From: Gemmatimonadota bacterium
Lineage (GTDB): Bacteria > JAAXHH01
Assembly (NCBI GenBank): GCA_026705925.1
Contig: JAPOZT010000012.1
Span: forward strand, 4,913-68,912
Length of the DNA stretch: 64,000 nt
Reading direction: 5' to 3'
This document shows positions 18,390 through 27,491 of the stretch, piece by piece. The notes under the pieces were generated by a model. It worked only from the letters and a program-made list of their open reading frames with translations, did not search any database and was not told where the DNA came from. Every line of letters begins with the position of its first letter. Position 1 is the stretch's first letter. The position numbers were made by a program, and so were the translations under genes.

Positions 18390-19514
18390 TCAGATATCGG
18401 AATAGGACCGGTCGTCTGGATCGCGGCGCATGTTGCGGAGCGGCCAGGAGTCGGCCGTATTGGCCGCGAGGCCTTCCTCCGAGATCTCGATGCCCAGTCC
18501 GGGCCGCTGCGGCAGCTCGACGAAACCGTTCTTGAACACCAGGGGCCGGGTGAAGAGCGTATCACCGCCACCACCACCGTATTCCTGGATCAGGAAATTG
18601 GGCGTGCCGGCCATGGCCTGCAGGGACGCGGCCACGCCCACCGGATCGGCGGCGGAGTGGGGCGCCATTGCCACGTAGTGAACCTCGGCCAGGGCCGCGA
18701 TCTTCTTCATCTCCAGGATCCCCCCGCAATGGCGCACGTCGGGCTGGAGAATCGCGGCGGCCTTCTTCTCAACCAGTTCCCGGAACCCCCAGCGGGTAGT
18801 GTTACGCTCGCCGGTGGCGATGGGGATGGTGGTGGAGCGGGTGATCTCGAGCAGGGCGTCGACGTTCTCCGGATGGGCGGGTTCCTCCACAAACATCGGT
18901 TTGAGAGGTTCCAGTTCCTTCAGCAGGCGCCTGGCCATGGCCGGACTGACCGCCCGGTGGAAATCCACGGCCACGTCGATCTCCGGACCCACGGCTTCGC
19001 GGATCGCGGCGACGCGGGCGACGATGCGCTCCATGGCCGCCGGCGAATCCACGTAACGCACCGGATCGGGGAACGGGGTGCACTTGAGCGCGGTGTACCC
19101 TTCCGCCACCCGTGCCCGCGCGTGCTTCGCGTATGCTTCCGGCGACGGACCTCCGACGGACGCGTAGACCCGGACGCGATCGCGGCAGGAACCACCCAGC
19201 AGCCGCCACACAGGCACGTCCAGCGACTTGCCGAGGATATCGAGACAGGCGTGCTCGATGCCGCTCAGCGCGGAGAGCAGGATGGGCATCTGCCGGCTGT
19301 AGCTCGAACGGAAGAGCGTCTGCCAGTGGTCCTCGATCTGTCGGGGGTCGCGGCCGCGGAGGTAATCCTCCATGTCATGGATGGCCCGGGTGACCGTCCG
19401 GCCGTGCTCGTAGTTCATGGGCGAACCGTAGCCCACGAGTTCCGAATCGGTATGCACCTTGAGCAGCAGGCCGCGCTGCTTCAGGGGAATGACCTCGAAC
19501 CGCGTGATCTTCAT
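18390..19514 (-). CDS. Enolase-superfamily dehydratase (mandelate racemase/muconate lactonizing family, galactonate-dehydratase-like)
   Basis: MKITRFEVIPL...LLKVHTDSELVGYG, DVAVDFH, MFVEEP, ATGER and the HSAADPVG pattern. Confidence 0.8.
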   Translation of the reverse strand: MKITRFEVIPLKQRGLLLKVHTDSELVGYGSPMNYEHGRTVTRAIHDMEDYLRGRDPRQIEDHWQTLFRSSYSRQMPILLSALSGIEHACLDILGKSLDVPVWRLLGGSCRDRVRVYASVGGPSPEAYAKHARARVAEGYTALKCTPFPDPVRYVDSPAAMERIVARVAAIREAVGPEIDVAVDFHRAVSPAMARRLLKELEPLKPMFVEEPAHPENVDALLEITRSTTIPIATGERNTTRWGFRELVEKKAAAILQPDVRHCGGILEMKKIAALAEVHYVAMAPHSAADPVGVAASLQAMAGTPNFLIQEYGGGGGDTLFTRPLVFKNGFVELPQRPGLGIEISEEGLAANTADSWPLRNMRRDPDDRSYSDI

Positions 19515-19590
19515 GGGCTCAACCGACTCCCATCGTATCTACTTTGTATATACGCCGTCAGAAACACGCCGTCGGAAACCCGCTGTCGCC

Positions 19591-20313
19591 TTATTCAGCG
19601 GTCACCGGCCTCTGATAGAACCGCTGCGGGTTGGTACGGGGTTCGTAGCCGAGAATGCGCCGGGCCTTGTCGATGGTGTACTTGCCCTGCTGCAGGTAGC
19701 TGCCCATGTTGAAGGCCTGAAAATAGTCCGGCACCTCCTCGATTTCCAGCGCCAGCCGGCAGGCCTCCACCAGGTCGTCGTAGACGATGGTGAAGGGCGG
19801 ATGGTCGGCGTTCCTGACCTGCTCTTCGGGCATGGGGCCCAGTCCGTTGAACTGGTAGCACACGGTGTGTATACGGTACTTGCGGGCGTATATCTTGCAG
19901 ATCTCCATGGCCAGGTGCTTTGTCAGCATGTAGTAGGCCGTGCCCGGCGCCTGGGGCACGTCGCCGATGTCGTGGTCGTGGAGGTAGCCGGGGATGATGA
20001 TCTCCGGACCCGTGTGCAGGATCTTCTCGATGCCGAGCTCCGCCGCCGCCTTCATCACGTGCCAGGCGCCCCGGACGGACACGGCGAAACTCGCCACCGG
20101 GTCCTGCCGGACCACGGTCCAGTTCATGATCGCGTCCATGCCGCGGGCGGCTTCCAGCACCTGCCCGTAGTCGCCCATGTCCACGTGCATGGTGGGCTTT
20201 CCGCCGGGATGGGGGCGGATATCGGCCAGGCGCAGGTTGTAGTATTGTTCCAGTCCGGGGATGATGAACGGCGCGATATTGCCGGAGGCGCCCAGGAGGA
20301 GGACGTTTTTCAT
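19591..20313 (-). CDS. NAD-dependent epimerase/dehydratase-family (extended SDR) protein
   Basis: ATG at 20313 is preceded by AGAAGGAG. It has the Rossmann motif LLLGASGNIAP and a Y-x-x-x-K (YYMLTK). Confidence 0.75.
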   Translation of the reverse strand: MKNVLLLGASGNIAPFIIPGLEQYYNLRLADIRPHPGGKPTMHVDMGDYGQVLEAARGMDAIMNWTVVRQDPVASFAVSVRGAWHVMKAAAELGIEKILHTGPEIIIPGYLHDHDIGDVPQAPGTAYYMLTKHLAMEICKIYARKYRIHTVCYQFNGLGPMPEEQVRNADHPPFTIVYDDLVEACRLALEIEEVPDYFQAFNMGSYLQQGKYTIDKARRILGYEPRTNPQRFYQRPVTAE

Positions 20314-20330
20314 GGCTTTGCTCCTTCTGT

Positions 20331-21626
20331 TCAATCCATTTTCGCGATTACGTCCCGCAGCACGTCTTCCGCCGACTCCAGGAGCCGGTCGATGTGACCG
20401 TCCGTGTGCACGAGGGACAGGTAGATCTTCTCGTAGGGACTGACGAAGAGCCCCCGCTTGATCATCTCGACGCCGAAGACGAAGGCCTTCTCCTTGTCGG
20501 CGCGGAACATGGACCCGTAATCGACGATTTCCCGCTCCCCGGTGAACAGCACCTGGAGCACGGGGCCTTCGCCGCCGACGAGCAGGGGGATCGAATGCCG
20601 CTCGCCCATGGCCGTGATCTCCCGGGTGATGCGGTCGCCCATGGCGAAGAGCCGCTCGTAGGTCCCGGGTCGTTCCAATACGTCGAGGGTGGCCAGCCCG
20701 GCCACGGCGCCCACGGGATAGCCGTTGAAGGTGCCGGAAGCGATGACCCGCTTAGGATCGTCCGCCGGGCGCCAGCCGTTCATGACGTCCATCAAGTCGG
20801 CCCGTCCGCACATGGCGGCCAGGGGATAGCCGCCGCTGATCGTCTTTCCGTAGGCCGCCAGGTCGGCGGTCACGCCGTAGCGTTCCTGCGCGCCGCCCCA
20901 GGCCATGCGGAAACCCGTGACGATCTCGTCGAAGATGAGGACGATGCCGTACCGGTCGCACAACGCCCGCATCGCCTCGAAGAAGCCCGGCCGGGGCAGG
21001 ATGCACCGCTGGAGCGGCTCGATGACGATCGCGGCGAGTTCCCCGTGGTGGCGTTCCACGATCTCGGTGGCCCGTTCCACGTCGTTGAAGGGTACGGCGA
21101 GCATGTCCGCCGACCAGCTCCGGGGTATGCCGCCGCCGTCCGGCAATGTGCCGGGATAGGCGCCGGGCGCCAGTGTCCGCGCCCCGTGCAGTGCCGCATC
21201 ACTCACGCCGTGCCAGCCTCCCTCGAAACGCAGGCAGCGGTCGCGGCCCGTGAAGGCCCGGGCGGCCCGCAGGGCGAACTGCATCGATTCGGACCCGGTA
21301 ATCACCAGGCGGACCTTCTCCCCGCAGGGCGAGGCGTCGGCCACCCGTTCGGCCAGCTCGATCGCCGGTTCGTTGAGGGCCATGAAGGTCGTCCCGCGCG
21401 CGACCTGGCGGGTCACTGCCTCCACCACTTCGGGATGGGCGTGACCGAGGATCATCGGGCCGGACCCCAGAAGAAAGTCGATGTACATCTTCCCCGCGGT
21501 GTCATAAATCGCTGCGCCTTCTCCGCGGGTCACGACCAGGTTGGCTTCAGGCGGAAGGCGGAATTCGCCGTTCCCTCCGCCCACGAATACCCGTTCGGCC
21601 CGTTCGATCAATGCGGTTTGCGACAT
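20331..21626 (-). CDS. Class III PLP-dependent aminotransferase (glutamate-1-semialdehyde aminomutase-like)
   Basis: DFLLGSGPMILGHAHP, ITGSESMQFALRAARAFTGR, IFDEIVTGFR and YGKTISGG (lysine motif). Confidence 0.85.
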   Translation of the reverse strand: MSQTALIERAERVFVGGGNGEFRLPPEANLVVTRGEGAAIYDTAGKMYIDFLLGSGPMILGHAHPEVVEAVTRQVARGTTFMALNEPAIELAERVADASPCGEKVRLVITGSESMQFALRAARAFTGRDRCLRFEGGWHGVSDAALHGARTLAPGAYPGTLPDGGGIPRSWSADMLAVPFNDVERATEIVERHHGELAAIVIEPLQRCILPRPGFFEAMRALCDRYGIVLIFDEIVTGFRMAWGGAQERYGVTADLAAYGKTISGGYPLAAMCGRADLMDVMNGWRPADDPKRVIASGTFNGYPVGAVAGLATLDVLERPGTYERLFAMGDRITREITAMGERHSIPLLVGGEGPVLQVLFTGEREIVDYGSMFRADKEKAFVFGVEMIKRGLFVSPYEKIYLSLVHTDGHIDRLLESAEDVLRDVIAKMD

Positions 21627-21642
21627 GTGGTTCCCTCGAAAG

Positions 21643-22692
21643 TCAGCGACCGTCTGTCGTCACGGTCAGCCGTTGGTCGATCAGGATGTGCTCAAGCGCC
21701 GATATGAATGCCTCGTTCGCCTCCGGAAGCCCGACGCTGACCCGGATGCAGTGCGTCAGGCCAAAACGGCTGCCCGATCCCACGAGTATGCCCTGGTCGG
21801 CCATGCGGGCCGTGAGCTCGTCGGCCGGGACCGGGGTCCGGAATAGCACGAAGTTACCTTCGCTCGGCCAGCAGGCGACCCTCAGCCGGTCGAAGGCCGC
21901 GTAGAGCGTTTTCTTGCCCTGCTCCGCCAGCGCTACGGATTGCGCGACGTGGTCCTGGTCCCCGATGGCCGCGGCGGCCGCCTCCATCTCAAGCGAACCC
22001 AGGTGAAAGGTCCGGCGAAGTCCCGCCAGGCGTTCGACGATGTCGGAACGGGATATGACCACGCCGACGCGCAGGCCGGCCAATCCGTAGACCTTCGAAA
22101 AAGAGTGGAGGACGATCACGTTGCGCCCGGCCACGGCATCGGCGGGTGAATCAGGATAGTCCGGATGGGTCACGAACTGGTGGTACACCTCGTCGGAGAC
22201 CAGGGTCACGCCGCCGGGCAGGCTCCGGTGAAGCCGGTCCATGTCGTCCCAGGTAACGATGGTACCCGTCGGGTTGTTGGGATTGCCCAGGTAGACCAGG
22301 CGTGTCCGCGCCGTCACCGCCTCCAGGACGGCGTCGACCCGGACGCTGAAAACCTCGTGGTCCAGCGGCACGTCGATGACCTTCGCGCCCTGCCACGCCG
22401 CGGTCCGTTCGTATACGTGGAACGTCGGGCCGCAGACGATGACCTCGTCGCCGGGCGACAGGAAGACCCGGGCGATGAGGTCCAGGGCCTCGGAGCCGCT
22501 GTAGGTCGTGTACAGGTGGCCGGGCGTCAAGCCCCTGCCGTAGAACGTCGCGAGGCGGTTTCGCAACGCTTCATCGTCCCTGGGCGGATAGAGGCTGAGG
22601 CCGGCCAGGTGGGACCGGATCCGGTCCATCACCATCGGAGAAGGACCGAGCGGATTCTCGTTGTAATGCAGTCGGTAAGGTGTATTCGACAT
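21643..22692 (-). CDS. Class I/II PLP aminotransferase, histidinol-phosphate-aminotransferase-like
   Basis: LHYNENPLGPSP, YPPRDD, LGNPNNPTG, DEVY and SFSKVYGLAGLRVG. Confidence 0.8.
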   Translation of the reverse strand: MSNTPYRLHYNENPLGPSPMVMDRIRSHLAGLSLYPPRDDEALRNRLATFYGRGLTPGHLYTTYSGSEALDLIARVFLSPGDEVIVCGPTFHVYERTAAWQGAKVIDVPLDHEVFSVRVDAVLEAVTARTRLVYLGNPNNPTGTIVTWDDMDRLHRSLPGGVTLVSDEVYHQFVTHPDYPDSPADAVAGRNVIVLHSFSKVYGLAGLRVGVVISRSDIVERLAGLRRTFHLGSLEMEAAAAAIGDQDHVAQSVALAEQGKKTLYAAFDRLRVACWPSEGNFVLFRTPVPADELTARMADQGILVGSGSRFGLTHCIRVSVGLPEANEAFISALEHILIDQRLTVTTDGR

Positions 22693-22704
22693 AAAGGTGA
22701 CCGG

Positions 22705-23580
22705 CTAGCTGATCAGCCCGTAGTCCACCAGGATCCCGCGCAGCTTCTCGCGGTTCGGTTCCGTCAAAGGGGCCAGGGGCAGCCGGACCTCGGGACTGAT
22801 CTTGCCCATCATGCCCAGGGCCGTCTTGACCGGCACGGGATTGATCTCCATGAACACGGCGTCATTGAGCGTCATCATGTGGTAATGGAGGTCCCGCGCC
22901 TCCAGCCACTCGCCCTCCTGGACCAGGTCGTACAGCCGCGCCACTTCCGCCGGCATCAGGTTGCCCGTGGCACTCACGAATCCCGCCCCGCCGATGGCCA
23001 GAATGGGATAGCAGAGCAGTTCGATCCCCGAGTACACGAGAAAGTCCCGGCCCATGCGGTGCAGGAGCCGGTTGATGTGCTCGAAGTCCTTGTTCGACTC
23101 CTTGACGCCAATGAGATTGTCGTTGGCTTCCTTCAGCCGCGCCACGGTGTCGATCTCGATGTTGACGGCCGTGCGCCCGGGAATGTTGTACAGGATGACC
23201 GGCAGGTCCACGCTCTTAGCCAGCGCGTCGAAATGACGGAAGATCCCCTCCTGGCCCGGCCGGCTGTAGTACGGCGCGATGAAGAGCAGGGCGTCGGCGC
23301 CGTTCGCCTGGGCGAAGCGGGAAAGCTCGACGGACTCCGCGTGGTTGGTGGACGCGCTGCCGGGTACGAAGGGCACCCTGCCGTCCACCGCCGAGGCCGC
23401 GGCGCGGATCACTTCCTTACGCTCCTCGAGAGACAACGAACCCGGTTCGCCCGTCGTCCCCTGCACCGACACGCCATGGGATCCGCTTTGGATCTGCCAG
23501 TCGACCAGTCCGGCCAGACCGTCCAGGTCCAGCGAACCGTTCTTGAAAGGGGTAACTACCGGTACGATCGACCCGCGCAT
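22705..23580 (-). CDS. DapA/DHDPS-family lyase (4-hydroxy-tetrahydrodipicolinate synthase-like)
   Basis: SIVPVVTPFKNG, GTTGEPGSLSLEERKEV, YYSRP, ILYNIPGRT and the GVKES Schiff-base lysine motif. I cannot infer the substrate. Confidence 0.8.
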   Translation of the reverse strand: MRGSIVPVVTPFKNGSLDLDGLAGLVDWQIQSGSHGVSVQGTTGEPGSLSLEERKEVIRAAASAVDGRVPFVPGSASTNHAESVELSRFAQANGADALLFIAPYYSRPGQEGIFRHFDALAKSVDLPVILYNIPGRTAVNIEIDTVARLKEANDNLIGVKESNKDFEHINRLLHRMGRDFLVYSGIELLCYPILAIGGAGFVSATGNLMPAEVARLYDLVQEGEWLEARDLHYHMMTLNDAVFMEINPVPVKTALGMMGKISPEVRLPLAPLTEPNREKLRGILVDYGLIS

Positions 23581-23703
23581 TCATCCTCCTTTTTTGTCTT
23601 ATGGTCTCGCCTGGTCCCGCCTGATCCTGCCTGGTCCCGCCCGGACGCGCATGCCCGCGCCTGTCCGCCTGGTCCGCATGGTTTCGCTCGCACGCGCCGC
23701 ACT

Positions 23704-24372
23704 TCAAATAAACGTGGCAATGGCTTCCAGCGGTTTCTTCGTGATGACCGGCACTTCCGCATCCTCCGCCGGGTAGCCGACGACGAGAAGCAGGAAGGGC
23801 CGTTCGTTGGCCGGCCGGCCCAGCAGACGGTTCAGGAAATTCATGGGACTCGGGGTGTGGGTGAGCGACGCCAGGCCGGCCTGGTGCACCGCCGCGATCA
23901 ACATGCCCGTGGCGATGCCCACCGATTCCACGGCGTAGTAGTGCTTGACGCTTCGGCCGTCGGGCAGCACACCGTGGCGTTGGACGAAGATCGCGATCAG
24001 CCACGGCGCCGTTTCCAGGAAGGGCTTGTGTTCGTCGGTACCCAGCGGGGCCAGGGCGTCGAGCCACTCCTGCGGCGCTTTCTCGCGGTAGAACTGCTGT
24101 TCCTCCTGCTCGGCGGCGACCCGGATCTTCGCCTTGATCTCCGGGTCGGAAACCGCGGCGAAGTGCCACGGCTGCATGTTCGCGCCGCTGGGCGCCGTAC
24201 CGGCCGCCAGCAGGCAGTGGTCGATGATCGACTTCGGCACGGACCGGTCCGAGAAATCGCGGACTGTTCTCCGCCGACTGAGCTCCCGGTAGTACGCTTC
24301 GGCCCGCTGCTTCATCTCTTCGGGCGGATACTCCCGGTAGGTCGACAGGGATTCAAACACGGGATTTTTCAC
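23704..24372 (-). CDS. Nitroreductase-superfamily flavoprotein of the iodotyrosine deiodinase (IYD) subfamily
   Basis: [70 protein letters not shown] and [19 protein letters not shown] align motif for motif with what I recall of animal and bacterial IYD. Confidence 0.7.
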   Translation of the reverse strand: MKNPVFESLSTYREYPPEEMKQRAEAYYRELSRRRTVRDFSDRSVPKSIIDHCLLAAGTAPSGANMQPWHFAAVSDPEIKAKIRVAAEQEEQQFYREKAPQEWLDALAPLGTDEHKPFLETAPWLIAIFVQRHGVLPDGRSVKHYYAVESVGIATGMLIAAVHQAGLASLTHTPSPMNFLNRLLGRPANERPFLLLVVGYPAEDAEVPVITKKPLEAIATFI

Positions 24373-24393
24373 GCCAGTACCCCTTTGCGCGCG

Positions 24394-25773
24394 CTAACGG
24401 GATTCATCGGAATCCCCGCCTTCGGGCGGCGACTCCGGGCCATCAGTTTCCCCGCCTTCGGCCGGCGAGTCCAGGCCATCAGATTCATCGGTTAACCCCG
24501 ACTTCTCCAGGAAGGCCAGGACTTTCTCCGCGTAGGCCTCCCGGTCCATTTCCCAAATGTCGCCGTGGGTCGCGCCTTCGGCCACGTAGATCTCCTTGTG
24601 CGCACCGGGGATCTGCGCGTATAGCCGCTCGTTATTCGCCAGCGGCATGCGCCGGTCCGCCGAACCGCCCACCAGGAGCACGGACGTGTCTTCCAGTCCG
24701 GACACCGCGCGGCCGATGTCCAGGTCATCGATCTTGATGCCCACGCGGAGTTCCGTGATCGTGCCCGTCAGAAACCCGAAGGGCACCGTGGGCAGGCCGA
24801 ACATCCGGTTCAGGTCGCTGCGCAGCGTTTCGGAGGCGGCGTAGAAACTGCTTTCGGCGATGACGGCGTCGACCCCGGATATCTCCGCCGCCGCGAGCAG
24901 CGCGGTGGCAGCGCCCATGGAAATGCCCCACAGGATGACCGGTCCCCCCTCGCCCCGTTCGTCGACCGCGTAACGTACGGCAGCCTGCACGTCGCGCCAT
25001 TCATAATAGCCGAATGTGGTCAGGTCGCCTTCGCTGTCCCCGTGGCGGCGGAAGTCGAACAGCATCCCCCTGAACCCGTTTTCGTGCAGAAAGGCGGCCT
25101 GATCGAGCATCTGGCCACGATGGTTGGTGTGGCCGTGGCAGTATATGACCGTGCCCCGGCCGGCGTCGTTCGGGATGTACCAGGCGGCCAGATTCAGGCC
25201 ATCGGACGTGGTCAGCGTCACTTCCTCGTAGTCCAGTCCGTGGTCCGCGGGGGTGTTCCGCGCCGTTCGCGGGGAACCCACGCTGCCGGTGTACAGGGTC
25301 GATATGAGGTAAGGCAGGGCGATGAAGACGATCAGAAGGATGACCACGACACCCATGGCAGCGCCTCGATAGGAAACCTGTCTCCGGCGCATAGCCAGGG
25401 CCAGAACCGGCCAGATCAACGTACCCGCGATGAAGGTGACGACCGGCCACAGGAAGACATGGGGAATGACCAGGCCGAAGAGGACGTTGCGGCCCCAGGT
25501 GAAGTACTCGCCTTCGAGCCCCGCCATCTTGCCCAGTACCGCCAGCAGGATGATCAGCAGACGGACGCCCGCCGTATAGAGCAGTGCCGCGAATAGAAAC
25601 CCGCCGTAACCCCTGCCCGCACGAAGGCAGATTACCGAAAGCCAGGCGGCGGCGGCCGGAATGATCCAGTTGATGTTGAAGGGGCCGCCCGCAGCGAGGT
25701 TCGTGACGTCCAGCAGGAACCACAGGACGACCAGGCCCCAGGTAACGATCAGGGGCAGGCGGATGAGCGACAT
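24394..25773 (-). CDS. Membrane-anchored alpha/beta-fold hydrolase
   Basis: About 5-6 N-terminal TM helices, then TVIYCHGHTNHRG, a nucleophile-elbow-like GISMGA, and an acidic repetitive C-terminal tail. Confidence 0.75.
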   Translation of the reverse strand: MSLIRLPLIVTWGLVVLWFLLDVTNLAAGGPFNINWIIPAAAAWLSVICLRAGRGYGGFLFAALLYTAGVRLLIILLAVLGKMAGLEGEYFTWGRNVLFGLVIPHVFLWPVVTFIAGTLIWPVLALAMRRRQVSYRGAAMGVVVILLIVFIALPYLISTLYTGSVGSPRTARNTPADHGLDYEEVTLTTSDGLNLAAWYIPNDAGRGTVIYCHGHTNHRGQMLDQAAFLHENGFRGMLFDFRRHGDSEGDLTTFGYYEWRDVQAAVRYAVDERGEGGPVILWGISMGAATALLAAAEISGVDAVIAESSFYAASETLRSDLNRMFGLPTVPFGFLTGTITELRVGIKIDDLDIGRAVSGLEDTSVLLVGGSADRRMPLANNERLYAQIPGAHKEIYVAEGATHGDIWEMDREAYAEKVLAFLEKSGLTDESDGLDSPAEGGETDGPESPPEGGDSDESR

Positions 25774-25789
25774 GGGCGGCCCCGTGCTG

Positions 25790-27046
25790 CTAGCTGGTCT
25801 TGCCCAGCGCTTCTTTCAGCACGTTGAGGAAGACTTCCGTTTCCCGCTCGTCGCCGGAGGATACGCGGATCCACGTGGGCATCTGCCGCCTGCGCCGGTT
25901 CGTCACCATGACGCCCTTCTCGAACATCTCCCGCATGATGTTCATCGACGGCTTGCCCAGGTCGACCATCATGAAATTGCTTTCGGACGGGATGTACTCC
26001 AGTCCCATCTTTGTGAACTCGTCTTCCAGCCGGTCCCGGAAATGCTGCACGACCGCCCGGGAGCGGTTGTAGTGGTTCTTATCCTTCACCGAGGCCTCGC
26101 CCGCGGCCATGGCCAGGCCGTTGGCGCCGCCCGTCCTGTAGAACCGCAGTTTCTCCTGGATGGCCTGGCTGCAGATCCCGTAGCCGAGGCGCATGGCCGG
26201 CATGCCGAAGACCTTGGAAAAGGTACGGGTGACGATCACGTTGTCGTACTTCGTGGCCAGCGACGACGCGGTCCGGTACTGCGGATCCTTGACGAAGTGA
26301 ATGTAGGCTTCGTCAATGACCACGATCACGTTATCGGGCACGGCGGCAACGAACTTCTCCGTCTCTTCGAAGGAAAGCAGCGTGCCGGTCGGGTTGTTCG
26401 GATTGGTGATGACCACCACGGACGTCTTCGGCGTGATTGCCGCGAGCATGGCGTCCAGGTCGTGTTTGTAGTCCTTCATGGGCGTGCGGATGATGTTCAC
26501 GTCGAGTCCGGCTTCCTGGTAGTTCTCGGCATCACCTGAAATGTCGCCGTAGCCCATATCGGCTTCGATGACCTCGGTGCCGCCCTTGCTCAGATAGGTC
26601 AACGCGATCTGGGAGAGGAGCGCGCCGGATCCCGCCGAAATGTAGAAGGGCGTTTGCCGCCTGAAACGACCTCCTCCGCCCATGCCACGCATGCCGGGCG
26701 GCATCTCACGAGGGGGCGGCAGCTCGATGCCGTCGAACTCGGCCAGCGCGCCGTAGATGTCGCCGCCGCCGAAGGAATACCGGTTGATATTGAACATGTT
26801 CTCGGCGATGGCCTCCAGGGCCCGGGGGGACGGTCCAATGGGGTTCTCGTTCAGCGCCATGCGGACGAGACCCGGTTCGACGCCGATCCCGTGGATGTCC
26901 TTGGCGGTAAGGCCGCCTGTAGCCATGGTCTGGGCCAGGGCCAGACGATCGGCCAGCGTCAGCGCGGCTCCTGCCGCCAGCGCTCCCGATAGAAAATAGC
27001 GGCGCGAGAGGCCGGAACCGGTCGTCTCCTTTATACGGTTCAGCAT
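25790..27046 (-). CDS. Class I/II PLP aminotransferase (HisC-like) with a twin-arginine signal peptide
   Basis: ATG at 27046 gives MLNRIKETTGSGLSRRYFLSGALAAGAALTLADRLALAQ (Tat motif SRRYFL). The body has NENPIGPSP, ITNPNNPTG, DEAY and TFSKVFGMPAMRLG. Confidence 0.8.
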   Translation of the reverse strand: MLNRIKETTGSGLSRRYFLSGALAAGAALTLADRLALAQTMATGGLTAKDIHGIGVEPGLVRMALNENPIGPSPRALEAIAENMFNINRYSFGGGDIYGALAEFDGIELPPPREMPPGMRGMGGGGRFRRQTPFYISAGSGALLSQIALTYLSKGGTEVIEADMGYGDISGDAENYQEAGLDVNIIRTPMKDYKHDLDAMLAAITPKTSVVVITNPNNPTGTLLSFEETEKFVAAVPDNVIVVIDEAYIHFVKDPQYRTASSLATKYDNVIVTRTFSKVFGMPAMRLGYGICSQAIQEKLRFYRTGGANGLAMAAGEASVKDKNHYNRSRAVVQHFRDRLEDEFTKMGLEYIPSESNFMMVDLGKPSMNIMREMFEKGVMVTNRRRRQMPTWIRVSSGDERETEVFLNVLKEALGKTS

Positions 27047-27110
27047 GAAAGATCTCCCTGTGTGTGTGGACGCGGCCGCGAAGCGGCGGCGCTCGAATCC
27101 GACCCACCCG

Positions 27111-27146
27111 CATGTACGTATAACATGTACGTATAGCACGTACGCG
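27111..27146. repeat. 13-bp tandem repeat (~2.7 copies) containing TACGTA palindromes
   Basis: CATGTACGTATAA / CATGTACGTATAG / CACGTACGCG, about 65 nt upstream of the minus-strand aminotransferase start in a 446-bp divergent intergenic region. Confidence 0.8.
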
Positions 27147-27340
27147 TTTGAGCCGGTTCGATTACGATGTCGAATATACGCGCCCGGGGGTGTACTGACA
27201 ACCCTTAATGTCACGGAACCGGGACTCGAAACCGGGCAAGACACCGGGCGGATTCGTGTATACATTCTGGATACATCCGAGCTTCCAATTTCATTCTAAC
27301 ATATTCCTGCGGACGCCTGCTGCAACCGGTTCAATATTTC

Positions 27341-27369
27341 TTGACACCAAACCAACCCGCCCATACTAT
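27341..27369 (+). promoter_or_regulatory. Candidate sigma70-like promoter for the porin-like/TupA-like genes
   Basis: TTGACA (27341-27346), a 17-nt spacer, then TACTAT (27364-27369), about 120 nt upstream of ATG 27492. The promoter consensus of this organism is unknown. Confidence 0.3.
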
Positions 27370-27491
27370 CCCTTTTTCAAGACCCGCCATCGATTACTGG
27401 ATCGACTGCCGGCGTATTCCGGCGTATTCCGGCGATTCCGGCTCACGTTCGCGAAGCCCGGGAGAACCGATACACTGGAGGGATTGAGCCC

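Noticed and set aside
27370-27491. A molybdenum-cofactor or other riboswitch in the ~120-nt leader upstream of the porin-like/TupA-like genes.
   Set aside because: I cannot match the leader to a known riboswitch consensus by eye. Only a short tandem repeat is evident. A covariance-model scan would be needed.
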